Assembly: GCA_017450695.1 (NCBI GenBank) | Contig: JAFSTA010000109.1 | Span: 8,301 to 72,300 of the forward strand | DNA from: Kiritimatiellia bacterium | GTDB taxonomy: Bacteria > Verrucomicrobiota > Kiritimatiellia > RFP12 > UBA1067 | Reading direction: 5' to 3' | DNA: 64,000 nucleotides | Shown: piece by piece, positions 37,462 through 47,134 of the stretch | Layout of the letters: each line of letters starts with the position of its first letter | How positions within the stretch are numbered: position 1 is the first letter of the stretch | Position numbers and translations under genes: made by a program | Notes under the pieces: generated by a model | What the model was told of the DNA's origin: nothing | What the model saw: the letters and a program-made list of their open reading frames with translations, nothing else | The model's database searches: none

Positions 37462-38915
37462 ACAATCTCCCATCCTTTCCGATATGCGTGCTTCGCATGT
37501 TCGTTGGCGACGGCGTTGTCCGTCTTTGTTCCATCGAACGCATACGTTCCCTTGCCGGCGAATGCGAGCATATTCGCGAGCATCAGCGTCTTCGCCAGCG
37601 GGATCGAGAAGTCGAGCCCTGTGTTGATTGGCCCCGGCTTGCCGCGCACGGCGGAGAGAAACTCCGCCACAATCTTGCGTTCCTCCACCTCCAACTCGGC
37701 ATCTTTCGGCACCGGGATGTCCGCAATCTTCCCGCCCTCCGGGAAGAACCGCAGGGTACGGTGGAACTCCTCGTAGATCATGCCCTTCGTGCCGACGAAC
37801 ACCGTGCCGAATGCGGGAATCGGTTTCTTCACGCCCCACTTCTTCTCCAGCTCCACCAGCTCCGGCGGGAAATTCGTGTGTACGCGCTTATAGACGCGGT
37901 TGTACCAGCCGGTCATGTACTTCGAGCTGATATCGACCCCGTCGGCCACACCGTCGTTCCAGTGAAGCGTGATCGCCCCCCAGCCGTCCCGCGCCGGAAT
38001 CTGGAAGTCCATCGTTCCGCGTGCGTTCCATGCCCCCGGATACCCCCACTTCACGTCGCGCACGACAATCTTCTCTGGCGTCACCTTCCACATGTCCATC
38101 GACTGGAACGGCGCGTCCAGCACATGCGTGCCCATGTTGCCGATCGAACCGTTGCCGTAGTCAATCCAGCTGTGCCAGTCGTGCGGGTGCAATCCGACGC
38201 GACCATCCTCCTCGCCGTAAGGCTCGCAGACGGGGGAACCGCCGCACCAGAGATCCCAGTCCATCCCTTTCGGCACGGGAATCGTGTGGGGGCGGCGGAA
38301 CATCGTGTTGGGCCGGTCCGAGAAACTGAACACCTCGGTAATGTCGCCGATGGCTCCGTCCCTCAGGTACTGGGCGAGTAGGGGACGGTGCGAGATGTTG
38401 TGCCCCTTGTTGCCTACGCGCACTACCACGCCCGCCTTGCGTCCCTCCTCACCGATGCGGATTACCTCTTCCATCGTGTGCGCCATCGGCTTCTCCACAT
38501 AGACGTTCACGCCTTTGCGAATCGCCAGCAGCGCGGGCAGCGCATGGTGATGGTTCGGCGTCGCGATAAAAACGGCATCCAGCGACTCGCCCATCTCGGC
38601 GAACATCACGCGGTAGTCGGGATAGACCTTCGCCGCGTCCAGCGCATCCCGTCCCCACGTCTTCACGCACTGTTTCTTCAGCGTCGCGACAGCCGACGAA
38701 TCGGGATCGCATAGTGCCGCGACTTCGCATCCGCCCACAATCCCGGCGCGGGTGAGGAGCGTCCGCCCCCAGCTGCCGCACCCGATGATCGCGATGCGGA
38801 TACGTGCTCCCTGCGCCAACTGCGCCTTGCGATCCTGCCCGAAGGCAATCCCGCCGATATGGAACGATGCGGCGCCGGCCAACGACGCCCCCAAAAATTC
38901 TCTGCGATTCATCAT
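37458..38915 (-). CDS. TAT-exported Gfo/Idh/MocA-family oxidoreductase (GH109-like fold)
   Basis: Start ATG 38915 with RBS GGGAGGTG (MMNRREFLGASLAGAASF twin-arginine signal). IAIIGCGSWG Rossmann motif. 485 aa. Confidence 0.85.
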   Translation of the reverse strand: MMNRREFLGASLAGAASFHIGGIAFGQDRKAQLAQGARIRIAIIGCGSWGRTLLTRAGIVGGCEVAALCDPDSSAVATLKKQCVKTWGRDALDAAKVYPDYRVMFAEMGESLDAVFIATPNHHHALPALLAIRKGVNVYVEKPMAHTMEEVIRIGEEGRKAGVVVRVGNKGHNISHRPLLAQYLRDGAIGDITEVFSFSDRPNTMFRRPHTIPVPKGMDWDLWCGGSPVCEPYGEEDGRVGLHPHDWHSWIDYGNGSIGNMGTHVLDAPFQSMDMWKVTPEKIVVRDVKWGYPGAWNARGTMDFQIPARDGWGAITLHWNDGVADGVDISSKYMTGWYNRVYKRVHTNFPPELVELEKKWGVKKPIPAFGTVFVGTKGMIYEEFHRTLRFFPEGGKIADIPVPKDAELEVEERKIVAEFLSAVRGKPGPINTGLDFSIPLAKTLMLANMLAFAGKGTYAFDGTKTDNAVANEHAKHAYRKGWEIV

Positions 38916-39185
38916 CGTGTCACCTCCCTGTTGTGAACCAAATCCAATGTACTGCATTATCTCACAAACCAAACCAAAAATCTTGTACGAAAAGAAACAA
39001 AATGTGTAGAATTCGATTGTGGGCGGGGGGGGCGGTGCCCCGCCCACACGAGAATGCGGAAGATGCATACGCGGGCAAAAACGAAAACGAATGCAATCGA
39101 CAGCAATCGGTTGCATTCGTTTTGCTCACGTGGTGCGCTTCTCAGCTTGACACGCCTAACACGCTGGACGGCATTGCCGTCCCGC

Positions 39186-40466
39186 TCAGCCCACGCCGAT
39201 GGAGGTGTCGAGCCAGATGCGCCAGGGGCCGCCTTTCGGTTTCTTCATCGACGCGGCGCCGTTTCCGTAGTCCCCGATCATGACCCCGGAAATGTTGACC
39301 GTGTGGCTCTTGAACTTGGTGTTGCCGAAGTTGAGCGCGTAGATCTTGAGGGTACCCTTGAACTGACCAGTCTTCGTGTTGTAGGAAATCTTCATCGCGC
39401 TTTTGTTATCGATTCCGCCCGAGCTCGTGATTTTGTAACTTCCGCCCTTTCCCTTCTTGAACTTGTAGGAGGCGCCTTTCGGGGTCGAAAACCTCCTGCC
39501 GTTCAGAACGGTGATCACCGGGATGTTGAACAAATCCTTCTGCACTTTCCAGCCCGAGCCGAAAAAGTTCGGATTCGAGAATGGTTCCCAGACTTCCATT
39601 TCATGGAGGTAGAGTTTGGTAACCGAACTGCTCAGCACGCCGCCGATCTTCGCCTGGGAGAAGATACGGCTGGTTCCTTTCAGGGAGACCTTGCCGTTGG
39701 CGACACTCAGGTAGAAATCTTCTTCGGTCGAATTGCTCAGCTTGAGGTGGATCTTCTGGGAAGCGGTGGTGGCGTTGCTTCCGTTGAGGTTCAGGGTAGC
39801 CTTGGCGCGTTGCTTGCTCCCGTCCGGACCTGTAAAGACCGCGGAGAACTTGACGGTGCGCGCTCCGTTCTTCCCTTTACTCGCCTTCGCGAACTTCAGG
39901 TCCGCCACCATACCATCGAAAGGACTTGAGTAACTCGACGGAGTATAGTTCGCGTAAGCAAGTGCTCCCTTGACCGTCTGCGATTTCGAGAAGGTTGAAT
40001 AGGAAAGGGGAATGTCCTGAGGAGTGAAGTAGTAACCCACTTCGAGGTTCGTCGTTCCGTATTTCCCGGAAACCAGTTTGCCCGCCAACGTGTCGGGGGC
40101 GTTCACATAGACAGTGCCGCCCATGTTGCGGAATGCCCATCCCGTTATCTCCGTAACGGTTCGCGGCAATACGATCCCGTCAAAGTTCATGCACCCTTCG
40201 AATGTACCGTCCTCGATTTTCGTAATGAAGTACTTCTCCCCGCCGATGGTGAATGCCGTATCCATAACCACATACAGGTACTTTAAGTTGGTGGTATCGG
40301 CTCTGTGGATTGTTATCGTGCGATTGCCCTCTCCTCCACCATAGTCAAGATCCCAGATGATATCGTAATCGTCTGTGTAAGTGGTTGACTCTCCGCCGAA
40401 GACAGGCGTGATCACGAAGAGTGAGGCGGCTGCCACCGCGAAAAACAGGTTTGTCAATCTTTTCAT
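39186..40466 (-). CDS. Secreted hypothetical protein with BspA-type leucine-rich-repeat-like N-terminal region; lower-GC gene
   Basis: 426 aa. Signal peptide MKRLTNLFFAVAAASLFVITPVFG. ...ITKIEDGTFEGC..LPRTVTEITGWAF resembles LRR_5/BspA repeats. Lys/Ser/Thr-rich. Confidence 0.4.
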   Translation of the reverse strand: MKRLTNLFFAVAAASLFVITPVFGGESTTYTDDYDIIWDLDYGGGEGNRTITIHRADTTNLKYLYVVMDTAFTIGGEKYFITKIEDGTFEGCMNFDGIVLPRTVTEITGWAFRNMGGTVYVNAPDTLAGKLVSGKYGTTNLEVGYYFTPQDIPLSYSTFSKSQTVKGALAYANYTPSSYSSPFDGMVADLKFAKASKGKNGARTVKFSAVFTGPDGSKQRAKATLNLNGSNATTASQKIHLKLSNSTEEDFYLSVANGKVSLKGTSRIFSQAKIGGVLSSSVTKLYLHEMEVWEPFSNPNFFGSGWKVQKDLFNIPVITVLNGRRFSTPKGASYKFKKGKGGSYKITSSGGIDNKSAMKISYNTKTGQFKGTLKIYALNFGNTKFKSHTVNISGVMIGDYGNGAASMKKPKGGPWRIWLDTSIGVG

Positions 40467-40589
40467 GCTGATAACCTTTCTAAGAATTTGCCGAATGGAA
40501 TGCCCGAATGGATTTTCCCAATCAGCGAAGCTAATGTACCACGATAATGCCCCCAGCGCAAGCGGGAAAACGAGTTACTGCATTTCGAG

Positions 40590-43500
40590 TTACGGCAGGG
40601 GTTCCACAAAGAGTTTGAAGAAGCGGTGGGCGTTTGTGACCGGTTGCCAATCGGTCGTGTCGGTGAGGGAACTCTTTCCCTTGAGGATGTAACGGTATCC
40701 GAGCGATTCGATGGCGTTGTTCGTCACGCTCCAACCTACGACCGGCGTCGCCCCGTTCATCTGGATCGTGACGTACAAGTAACTCGACGCATTCGTCGGA
40801 TCGGTGCCCAGCAGGTATTCCTGCCATGCAGGGAAACCGTCTCCGTCGGAATCGGCCAGTGCCAGCGCCTCGAACGCCGCAGACGATCCTCCCTGTCCGG
40901 GGTAGTAGCCGTCCAGCCACGTGTACGGCACAGATACGCCCTCTATCTGCACGGCCTGCACGTCCGGAATCCATTGCACGTTGTTTAACCAGACTCCGAG
41001 TTGCTGGTAGTCGTAATCGGCATTCGCCACCGTATAGATCCATGTGTAGGTTGTCGTGGCATCGGAACTGACCTCGTTGGTGACAATTCCGGAGAAGTAT
41101 TCTGTCCCATTGTAGGCGTAACTGAACTGTTGTGCGCCGTTGACTTGGAACGTGAAGGTGTTCTGCCATGTCCAGGAACGAAAATCGTATGAGAACACAA
41201 GCTTGCCTTTGCCGGAGACCGTCGCCTGGAGTGTCGCCGTGTAGGTGTTGCTCCGGAGTCCACCGGTGCGGAGTGTACGAGGTGATGAAGTGTCCACGCG
41301 CCAGGAGCCGGTTCCCGATCGAGTCCACGTGACGTTTCGCGTCCCGAATACATCTGCGACGGTCGTGAAAGAACCGACATAGATGGGGCTTGAAACACCC
41401 GATGCGGGCCACACGGCAGCAGAAAGGATACTCGCGCTGTCGGGAATCGTTATCACACCAGAACAGGCGGTTCCGTTGGACAGGGTCGGCACCGAGCCGT
41501 CGAGTGTGTAGTAAATCGTGCCGCTGTTGTTCGGATTCGCGAGCGTCACCGTGATGGGGAAGCTATCGACGAGCGATTCCGTCTGTGAGCAGGTCGGAGC
41601 TTGCGGCAATGTCTCGCCCAGGACGGACGCGAATCCGGCGATGAGGGATTCGGTGGTGTCGAGGTAAAGCTCGGTTCCGACAAGGGAAGAGTTGTCGTTG
41701 CGGGCGAGGCCCTGGTCGATTGGCGTGTCGGGATCGGTCGGCAGGACAAAGTACATCTGCGGGTAGGCCGTGCTGTAAGAGCCTGTGTAGGCATGGCAAA
41801 GAGCCCAGAACCAAGATTGCGCTGTTTGGGCATCCACGTTACAGGATGTGTCGCCGGTCACGAGATAGACGCCGTTGGCTTTCGCCCAGGCGAGGAACTC
41901 GAGGCTTTCGGCGATCGGGTAGAACTGTTGTGAATACCAGCACCCTGCGCGGTCCGCCAGCAGCACGGCGATGACCCGACCGTTCTGCGCGGCTGCCGCT
42001 TTCGCGCCCTCCACGTCCGTTGTCCACTCGCCGGGAGAGACGGGATGGCGTTCGATGTAGAGTCCGCCGACCACAACGCTTGGTTCCTTGCCGCCCTCTA
42101 CGAACACGGCGCGTACGTACGTCGATTGCGTGAGGACGATGGGACCGTCGTAGAGGAGCTGTGTCTCGCCGGTCGGATCGGAACCGTCCAGCGTGTAGTA
42201 GAGAGCTCCACTCTTGCCGCTAGGCGGCGCAAGCGTGACGGTCATGCTGTTTGTGAAGATGGTGGCGGACGATTCGCTAGCGGTTGTTGCGGGCGAAATC
42301 GTAGGCGGACGCGAGAGCGCGTCGAACTGGACTGTATCGAACCACACGCCGTTGAAGCCGTTGTAGCGGCCCCAGTCACAGTCAAAGTTGAAGCGGACGG
42401 TGTGCGAACCAGACGGAATGGACAGTTCGACGAGATGCCAGGAGTCGGATTCCACGTCGCGTGAATCGTTCACTTCCTCGTGGCCATCGACTTGCACGGA
42501 AAAGACCCCATAGTAGGTCCGCAACTTGTAACGGAAGCTCATCAGGGTCGGTCCTGTTACGGTTGTTTCGAGCCACGATTCGTCCACCCAGTAATCATCT
42601 TCGCTGTCGGTTGACTGCAGCGCATCGACACCGTCGTATGTATCGCTAACCTGGAAAACCCACGGGCGGGTATCGGAGGTGCGCCAGGGGAGTTGCGGCG
42701 CATCGACGGCCGCACCGATGTCACTGATGGAGTAGGTGGCTTGGAATACGGGGCCGGCGATGTTGTCCGTGATGGTGACGGCGCGGATGGTCGTCGTCTG
42801 CGTAAGGGTGATTGGACCGGTGTAGAGTGTCGAGGAAATAGTGGGCGTGGAGCCATCGAGCGTATAGCGGATGGGAAGCCCTGCCTTGCCGGGTGTGAGT
42901 GTGACGACGAGCGAGTCCGTGAATGTTGAGCCGTCACTGGGTGAGAAATAGACGTCATAGGACATCGGCACGACCTGATTGCGCCACCGGGAGGCGGCCA
43001 AGTAGGTCTGCTGGATTGTGCGCACGTTGTCATGTGTGGCGTCTCCGACGGTCGTCCCCATGTAGGTGAGGTTCGGCGACGAGAAGAAGGGGGCGCTTTC
43101 GTAATGGTTGCCAAACCCGTCGAAGTTGTAGGCCATGATCGTATGATAGACGATGCCGTTGGTGCCGGTGAAGTAGTAGCCCGCCGAGTAGTCGTAGAGC
43201 TGCGGTCCGGGGGATATTTCGCTCGGATTGACGGCCGTCGCGTGACCCGCACCGAGGTTGTGCCCGACTTCGTGCGTCATCGTATGGTCGTTGGCGACGG
43301 CGCGGACGGCACAAACGCTGTAGGGCGATTCCGAGAAGTCGGCTGGTGTCGTGTTCTTAAGCGAATAACCGAGTCCGGTGTTGCCGCTGGCTGATCCGGT
43401 GTCGATGAATGTGGTCACGATGTCCGCGCCCACCGTGTCGCGCATTGCCTTGACGGGCGCCCACTCGCCTGTTCCGTCACATGTCTTTTCCAGTACGCTC

Positions 43501-44255
43501 TCCAAGTCCGTACCCCCAACCGCGTTGACAGTCATGACACCGACAAGCCGATAACGGAAGGTTGAGGCGAAACCGCAGTTGCCGAGGACGGTGTTCATTT
43601 TCTGGACGGCAAGGGTGGCGAGGTTGGTGATGCCGCCTCCGTTCTTGCGTGCCCATTCGGCGGCGGGCGAGTCGTAGGCGACAAGGACATCTACGAGGGT
43701 TGAGGCTTGGTCAGAGAGCAGTTGAGCGGAGAGCTGGCGGGGGGGAAGCGCTTTCGCCGGAATACGGGGCTCGATCGGTGCCGTCGGCGTGACGGTCTCG
43801 GCTGACGGGTCGATTTCCTTGACGGTGACGCCGTTTGCGTCCGAGACGATTGTGTACGTGCGGCTGCGCGCAAAGTCCTGGATATCCGCAGTCAGTCCGT
43901 CAGCCGTTTGAAGGATGACCGCGTTCCTCACGCCGTCGTAGCCAGAGACCGTACCAATGAAAGCCTCGCCGCCTAGGGGCGACTCCATCCGTTCGATAAG
44001 CGTCACCTGGAAGGACGTATTCTCGAACAACAGGAAGTCCAGCGTGTCGCCCACCGAAAGCGAATCTGTGACGGTGGCGCCGGCGGCGAACACACTTGCC
44101 CGCAGACAACTTTGGGTGTCGGGAACGGCAAGAAGCCTCGCTCCCATTTCCGCTCGTCCGCCGATCCTCAGGTCGAACGTCACGTTGGCGGCAGATGCAC
44201 TGCCTAGGCAAGCAATGAGACCGAAAAGAACAAAACTCGTGAAGAAACCACGCAT
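40590..44255 (-). CDS. Secreted metzincin zinc metalloprotease (M66/StcE-like HEVGHNLGAGH motif) with three chitobiase/hexosaminidase C-terminal-type (CHB_HEX_C) domains
   Basis: 1221 aa with signal peptide. Extended zinc motif HEVGHNLGAGHA (HExxHxxGxxH). Three repeats of the YTLDGS(D/T)PT...Y.GPI.LTQ(S/T)T..RA module. The M66 family assignment is from recollection of the StcE motif. Confidence 0.6.
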   Translation of the reverse strand: MRGFFTSFVLFGLIACLGSASAANVTFDLRIGGRAEMGARLLAVPDTQSCLRASVFAAGATVTDSLSVGDTLDFLLFENTSFQVTLIERMESPLGGEAFIGTVSGYDGVRNAVILQTADGLTADIQDFARSRTYTIVSDANGVTVKEIDPSAETVTPTAPIEPRIPAKALPPRQLSAQLLSDQASTLVDVLVAYDSPAAEWARKNGGGITNLATLAVQKMNTVLGNCGFASTFRYRLVGVMTVNAVGGTDLESVLEKTCDGTGEWAPVKAMRDTVGADIVTTFIDTGSASGNTGLGYSLKNTTPADFSESPYSVCAVRAVANDHTMTHEVGHNLGAGHATAVNPSEISPGPQLYDYSAGYYFTGTNGIVYHTIMAYNFDGFGNHYESAPFFSSPNLTYMGTTVGDATHDNVRTIQQTYLAASRWRNQVVPMSYDVYFSPSDGSTFTDSLVVTLTPGKAGLPIRYTLDGSTPTISSTLYTGPITLTQTTTIRAVTITDNIAGPVFQATYSISDIGAAVDAPQLPWRTSDTRPWVFQVSDTYDGVDALQSTDSEDDYWVDESWLETTVTGPTLMSFRYKLRTYYGVFSVQVDGHEEVNDSRDVESDSWHLVELSIPSGSHTVRFNFDCDWGRYNGFNGVWFDTVQFDALSRPPTISPATTASESSATIFTNSMTVTLAPPSGKSGALYYTLDGSDPTGETQLLYDGPIVLTQSTYVRAVFVEGGKEPSVVVGGLYIERHPVSPGEWTTDVEGAKAAAAQNGRVIAVLLADRAGCWYSQQFYPIAESLEFLAWAKANGVYLVTGDTSCNVDAQTAQSWFWALCHAYTGSYSTAYPQMYFVLPTDPDTPIDQGLARNDNSSLVGTELYLDTTESLIAGFASVLGETLPQAPTCSQTESLVDSFPITVTLANPNNSGTIYYTLDGSVPTLSNGTACSGVITIPDSASILSAAVWPASGVSSPIYVGSFTTVADVFGTRNVTWTRSGTGSWRVDTSSPRTLRTGGLRSNTYTATLQATVSGKGKLVFSYDFRSWTWQNTFTFQVNGAQQFSYAYNGTEYFSGIVTNEVSSDATTTYTWIYTVANADYDYQQLGVWLNNVQWIPDVQAVQIEGVSVPYTWLDGYYPGQGGSSAAFEALALADSDGDGFPAWQEYLLGTDPTNASSYLYVTIQMNGATPVVGWSVTNNAIESLGYRYILKGKSSLTDTTDWQPVTNAHRFFKLFVEPLP

Positions 44256-44454
44256 AGAAACACCCTTTTGAATCGTGAATCAAAAATAAGGATTTATCTT
44301 ACCAAATCGCAATCATGCGGTCAATGAAAATGCGGGTACGTGCGACGGTTGGGGCGCATCTGTATAATTTAACACGGAAGTTTTCATGTCATGGTCTCAA
44401 GCCAAGTTCGCCAAGTACGCGAAGTTGCCGATGATCCTAAATTCCGCTGTTGGG

Positions 44455-44705
44455 CACTTGGAAAAACCACGGAACACACGGAATACACGGAAAATCATCC
44501 GTTTCTTGGAACGGCGTTTCCGTGTGTTCCGTGGTGAATCATGGCGCTTTGGAACTTTTCAGACTTTCACCAGTTGGGTGAATCCGTTTTCTGTCGTCAT
44601 GTGTGTACGGGGGGATCGAAAAGCCTCTGTTTTCGGCACTTTCTCTGCGTACTCTGCGGCCTCTGCGGCTCTGCGTGAGAACCCAAACGAGGAATCTAGG
44701 ATGAT
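44455..44705. repeat. Mosaic repeat upstream of argS (AAAACCACGGAACACACGGAATACACGGAAAATCATCCGT inverted pair, then AAAAGCCTCTGTTTTCGG...CTCTGCGTGAGAACCCAAACGAGGAATCTAGG module)
   Basis: The same two modules occur in permuted order at 46925-47075. The CCACGGAA module also occurs at 22459-22541, 46668-46692, 48222-48260 and 58971-59000. Confidence 0.8.
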
Positions 44706-44896
44706 TCCTTCCTTTGCGAACATGGCGGACTTTGCGTGAGGTTGAATCTCCGCGTTTGGTATCGCAGGCATCTACATGGATCACGGTGAAAAACGCAGAT
44801 GCGCCCACCGCCACGATCGCGACCATTTTCTTCTCCCCCTTCACACTTCTTTTTGGTATGCTGGAGCAAACACGAAACGCAGAAAAGGATTTCGAT

Positions 44897-46615
44897 ATGG
44901 AAGAGAATGTCAATCTCTGTGAGGCGCAGTTGAGCGCATGGTTGCAGGTTTTGTTTCAGCAGGCTTTTGGAGAGGCGGTTGCCGGTTTCTCGCCGCGTGT
45001 CCAACCAGCGCAGGACGCGAAGTTCGGCGATTTTCAGTGCAATGACGCGATGCCGCTTGCGAAAACGTTGCACCTGCCGCCGCGCCAGATTGCGCAGCGT
45101 GTGCTCGACGGAGTGACGCTTCCTCCGATGTTGGCGAAGGTTGAGATTGCGGGTCCCGGCTTCATCAATCTCACGGTCAATCCGGTGTGGCTCGCCGAGC
45201 AGTTGGAGAAACTGGCGGCCGCCCCCTCGTTCGGTATCCCGCAGTGCGGTGCGGGCAAGTCCGTCGTGATCGATTACTCTAGCCCCAACGCCGCCAAGCA
45301 GATGCATATCGGTCACATCCGTTCCATCGTAATCGGAAACGCGATCGACCGTCTCCACCGCGCGCTTGGATACCGGGTCATCGCGGACAACCACCTCGGA
45401 GACTGGGGAACGCAGTTCGGTATTTTGATCAAGGGATATCGGGAATGCCTGACGGAGGAGCAGCGCCAGAACCTGACCGTTGCCGATTTGGAAGCGGCGT
45501 ATGTCGCCAGCTCTACACGCGGCAAGACCGACGAGGCGTGGAAGGACGCCTGCCGTCAGGAACTGGTCAAGCTGCAGCAGGGCGATTCCGAGGACCGTGC
45601 GCTCTGGCAGCGGTTCATCGAGATCACCATCGAGGAATTCACCCGTATGTACAAGAGGCTGGACGTGCAGTTCGACCTCTGGCGTGGCGAGAGTTACTAC
45701 AACGACCGGCTTCCGGGCGTGGTAAAGGAGTTGCAGGACAAGGGACTTGCGGAAGAGAGTGAGGGTGCGCAGATTGTCCGTTTCGAGGAAGAGGGACTGC
45801 CGGTCGCGATCGTCCAGAAGAGCGATGGTGGCTTCAACTACGCGACTTCCGACATCGCGACTGTCGAAAGCCGCGTCGAGGAGTTCAACCCCGACCGGAT
45901 TATCTATGTCACGGACGAACGCCAGCAGTTGCACTTCAAGCAGTTTTTCGCGATCTGCCGCAAGCTCGGTTGTACGACCAAGCTCGTGCATGTCTGGTTC
46001 GGGTTGATGAGTTATCAGGGCAAGGCGATCTCCACGCGCGAGGGTAACCTCATCAAGCTCGATGACCTGCTTGCCGAGGCGGTGAAACGTTCGCTGGAAA
46101 TCATCCGGTCCCAGAATCCCGAAGGGATGACGGAAGCGGAGCAGCTGGCGTTGGCCGAGGACATCGGCATCGGCGCGATTAAGTACACAGACCTCAGCCA
46201 CGACCCCACTACGGCGATTGATTTCAGTTGGGATAAGGCGTTGGCTCTGGACGGCAACTCGGGCCCGTATCTGCAATACGCCCATGCCCGAATCTGTTCC
46301 CTGCTTGACAAGGCGGGCGAATCTCCGTCAGCCGGTTCGTTGAAACTGGACACGGAGATTGAGAAATCTCTTGCGCTGGCGCTGATGCAGTTCCCCGGAG
46401 TTGTGCGCAAGGCGGCGGACAACTTCAAGCCCAGCATTCTGGCGGATTACCTTTTCGGGCTTTCCCAGACATACAGCAGCTTCTACCAGCGTTCGCCGGT
46501 GTTGAAGTCCGAGGCGGAAACGCGCGCCAGCCGTCTGCGGCTCTGTTCACTGGTCGCGGAAGTCCTCTCGGCAGGATTGCGTCTCCTCGGCATCCACGCG
46601 CCGCGTCGCATCTAG
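44897..46615 (+). CDS. argS: Arginine--tRNA ligase
   Basis: Start ATG 44897 (MEENVNL...). Class I HIGH motif (MHIGHIRS). DALR anticodon-binding C-terminus. 572 aa. Confidence 0.95.
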   Translation: MEENVNLCEAQLSAWLQVLFQQAFGEAVAGFSPRVQPAQDAKFGDFQCNDAMPLAKTLHLPPRQIAQRVLDGVTLPPMLAKVEIAGPGFINLTVNPVWLAEQLEKLAAAPSFGIPQCGAGKSVVIDYSSPNAAKQMHIGHIRSIVIGNAIDRLHRALGYRVIADNHLGDWGTQFGILIKGYRECLTEEQRQNLTVADLEAAYVASSTRGKTDEAWKDACRQELVKLQQGDSEDRALWQRFIEITIEEFTRMYKRLDVQFDLWRGESYYNDRLPGVVKELQDKGLAEESEGAQIVRFEEEGLPVAIVQKSDGGFNYATSDIATVESRVEEFNPDRIIYVTDERQQLHFKQFFAICRKLGCTTKLVHVWFGLMSYQGKAISTREGNLIKLDDLLAEAVKRSLEIIRSQNPEGMTEAEQLALAEDIGIGAIKYTDLSHDPTTAIDFSWDKALALDGNSGPYLQYAHARICSLLDKAGESPSAGSLKLDTEIEKSLALALMQFPGVVRKAADNFKPSILADYLFGLSQTYSSFYQRSPVLKSEAETRASRLRLCSLVAEVLSAGLRLLGIHAPRRI

Positions 46616-46924
46616 GCGAGGCGCTCGTCACGTGATCGTTCAACCTGGATTCTGTTGTTGGACAATTTTCAAAACCACGGAACACACGGAGCGAGGTGGG
46701 TAGCTGGTAGGTGTTAGCTGGTAGCTGGTGGTGGTAGGCGCTTCGCGCGATGACGAAAAGATGGTTAAAAGGTGAAATGGTTAAATCGCCGCTGACGCGG
46801 CTTTCAATCGACCTGATCCCCCCGCCGTCTGTTTTCGGGGAAGCGACACTCCTGTCGCTTCACGGGGCGTAGGTGAGCGTTTCCTCACGTCACCCGCCAC
46901 CCGCTACCCGCTATCAGCCAACAC

Positions 46925-47075
46925 CTTCAAAAGCCTCTGTTTCGATGCTTTCTCTGCGTACTCTGTTGCGTGAGAACCCAAACGAGGAATCTAGATTTAC
47001 AAAACTACGGAATACGGAAAATCATCCGTATTTTGGTACGGCGGTTCCGTGAGTTCCGTGTATTCCGTGGTTTAC
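46925..47075. repeat. Mosaic repeat downstream of argS (permuted copy of 44455-44705 modules)
   Basis: AAAAGCCTCTGTTTCG...GAGAACCCAAACGAGGAATCTAG followed by the AAAACTACGGAATACGGAAAATCATCCGT...TTCCGTGTATTCCGTGG inverted pair. Confidence 0.8.
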
Positions 47076-47134
47076 AGGGAGGATATCGGCACTCCTGCTG
47101 CCTATTACCTGCCGCGTTCCTTTTACGTGATCAT

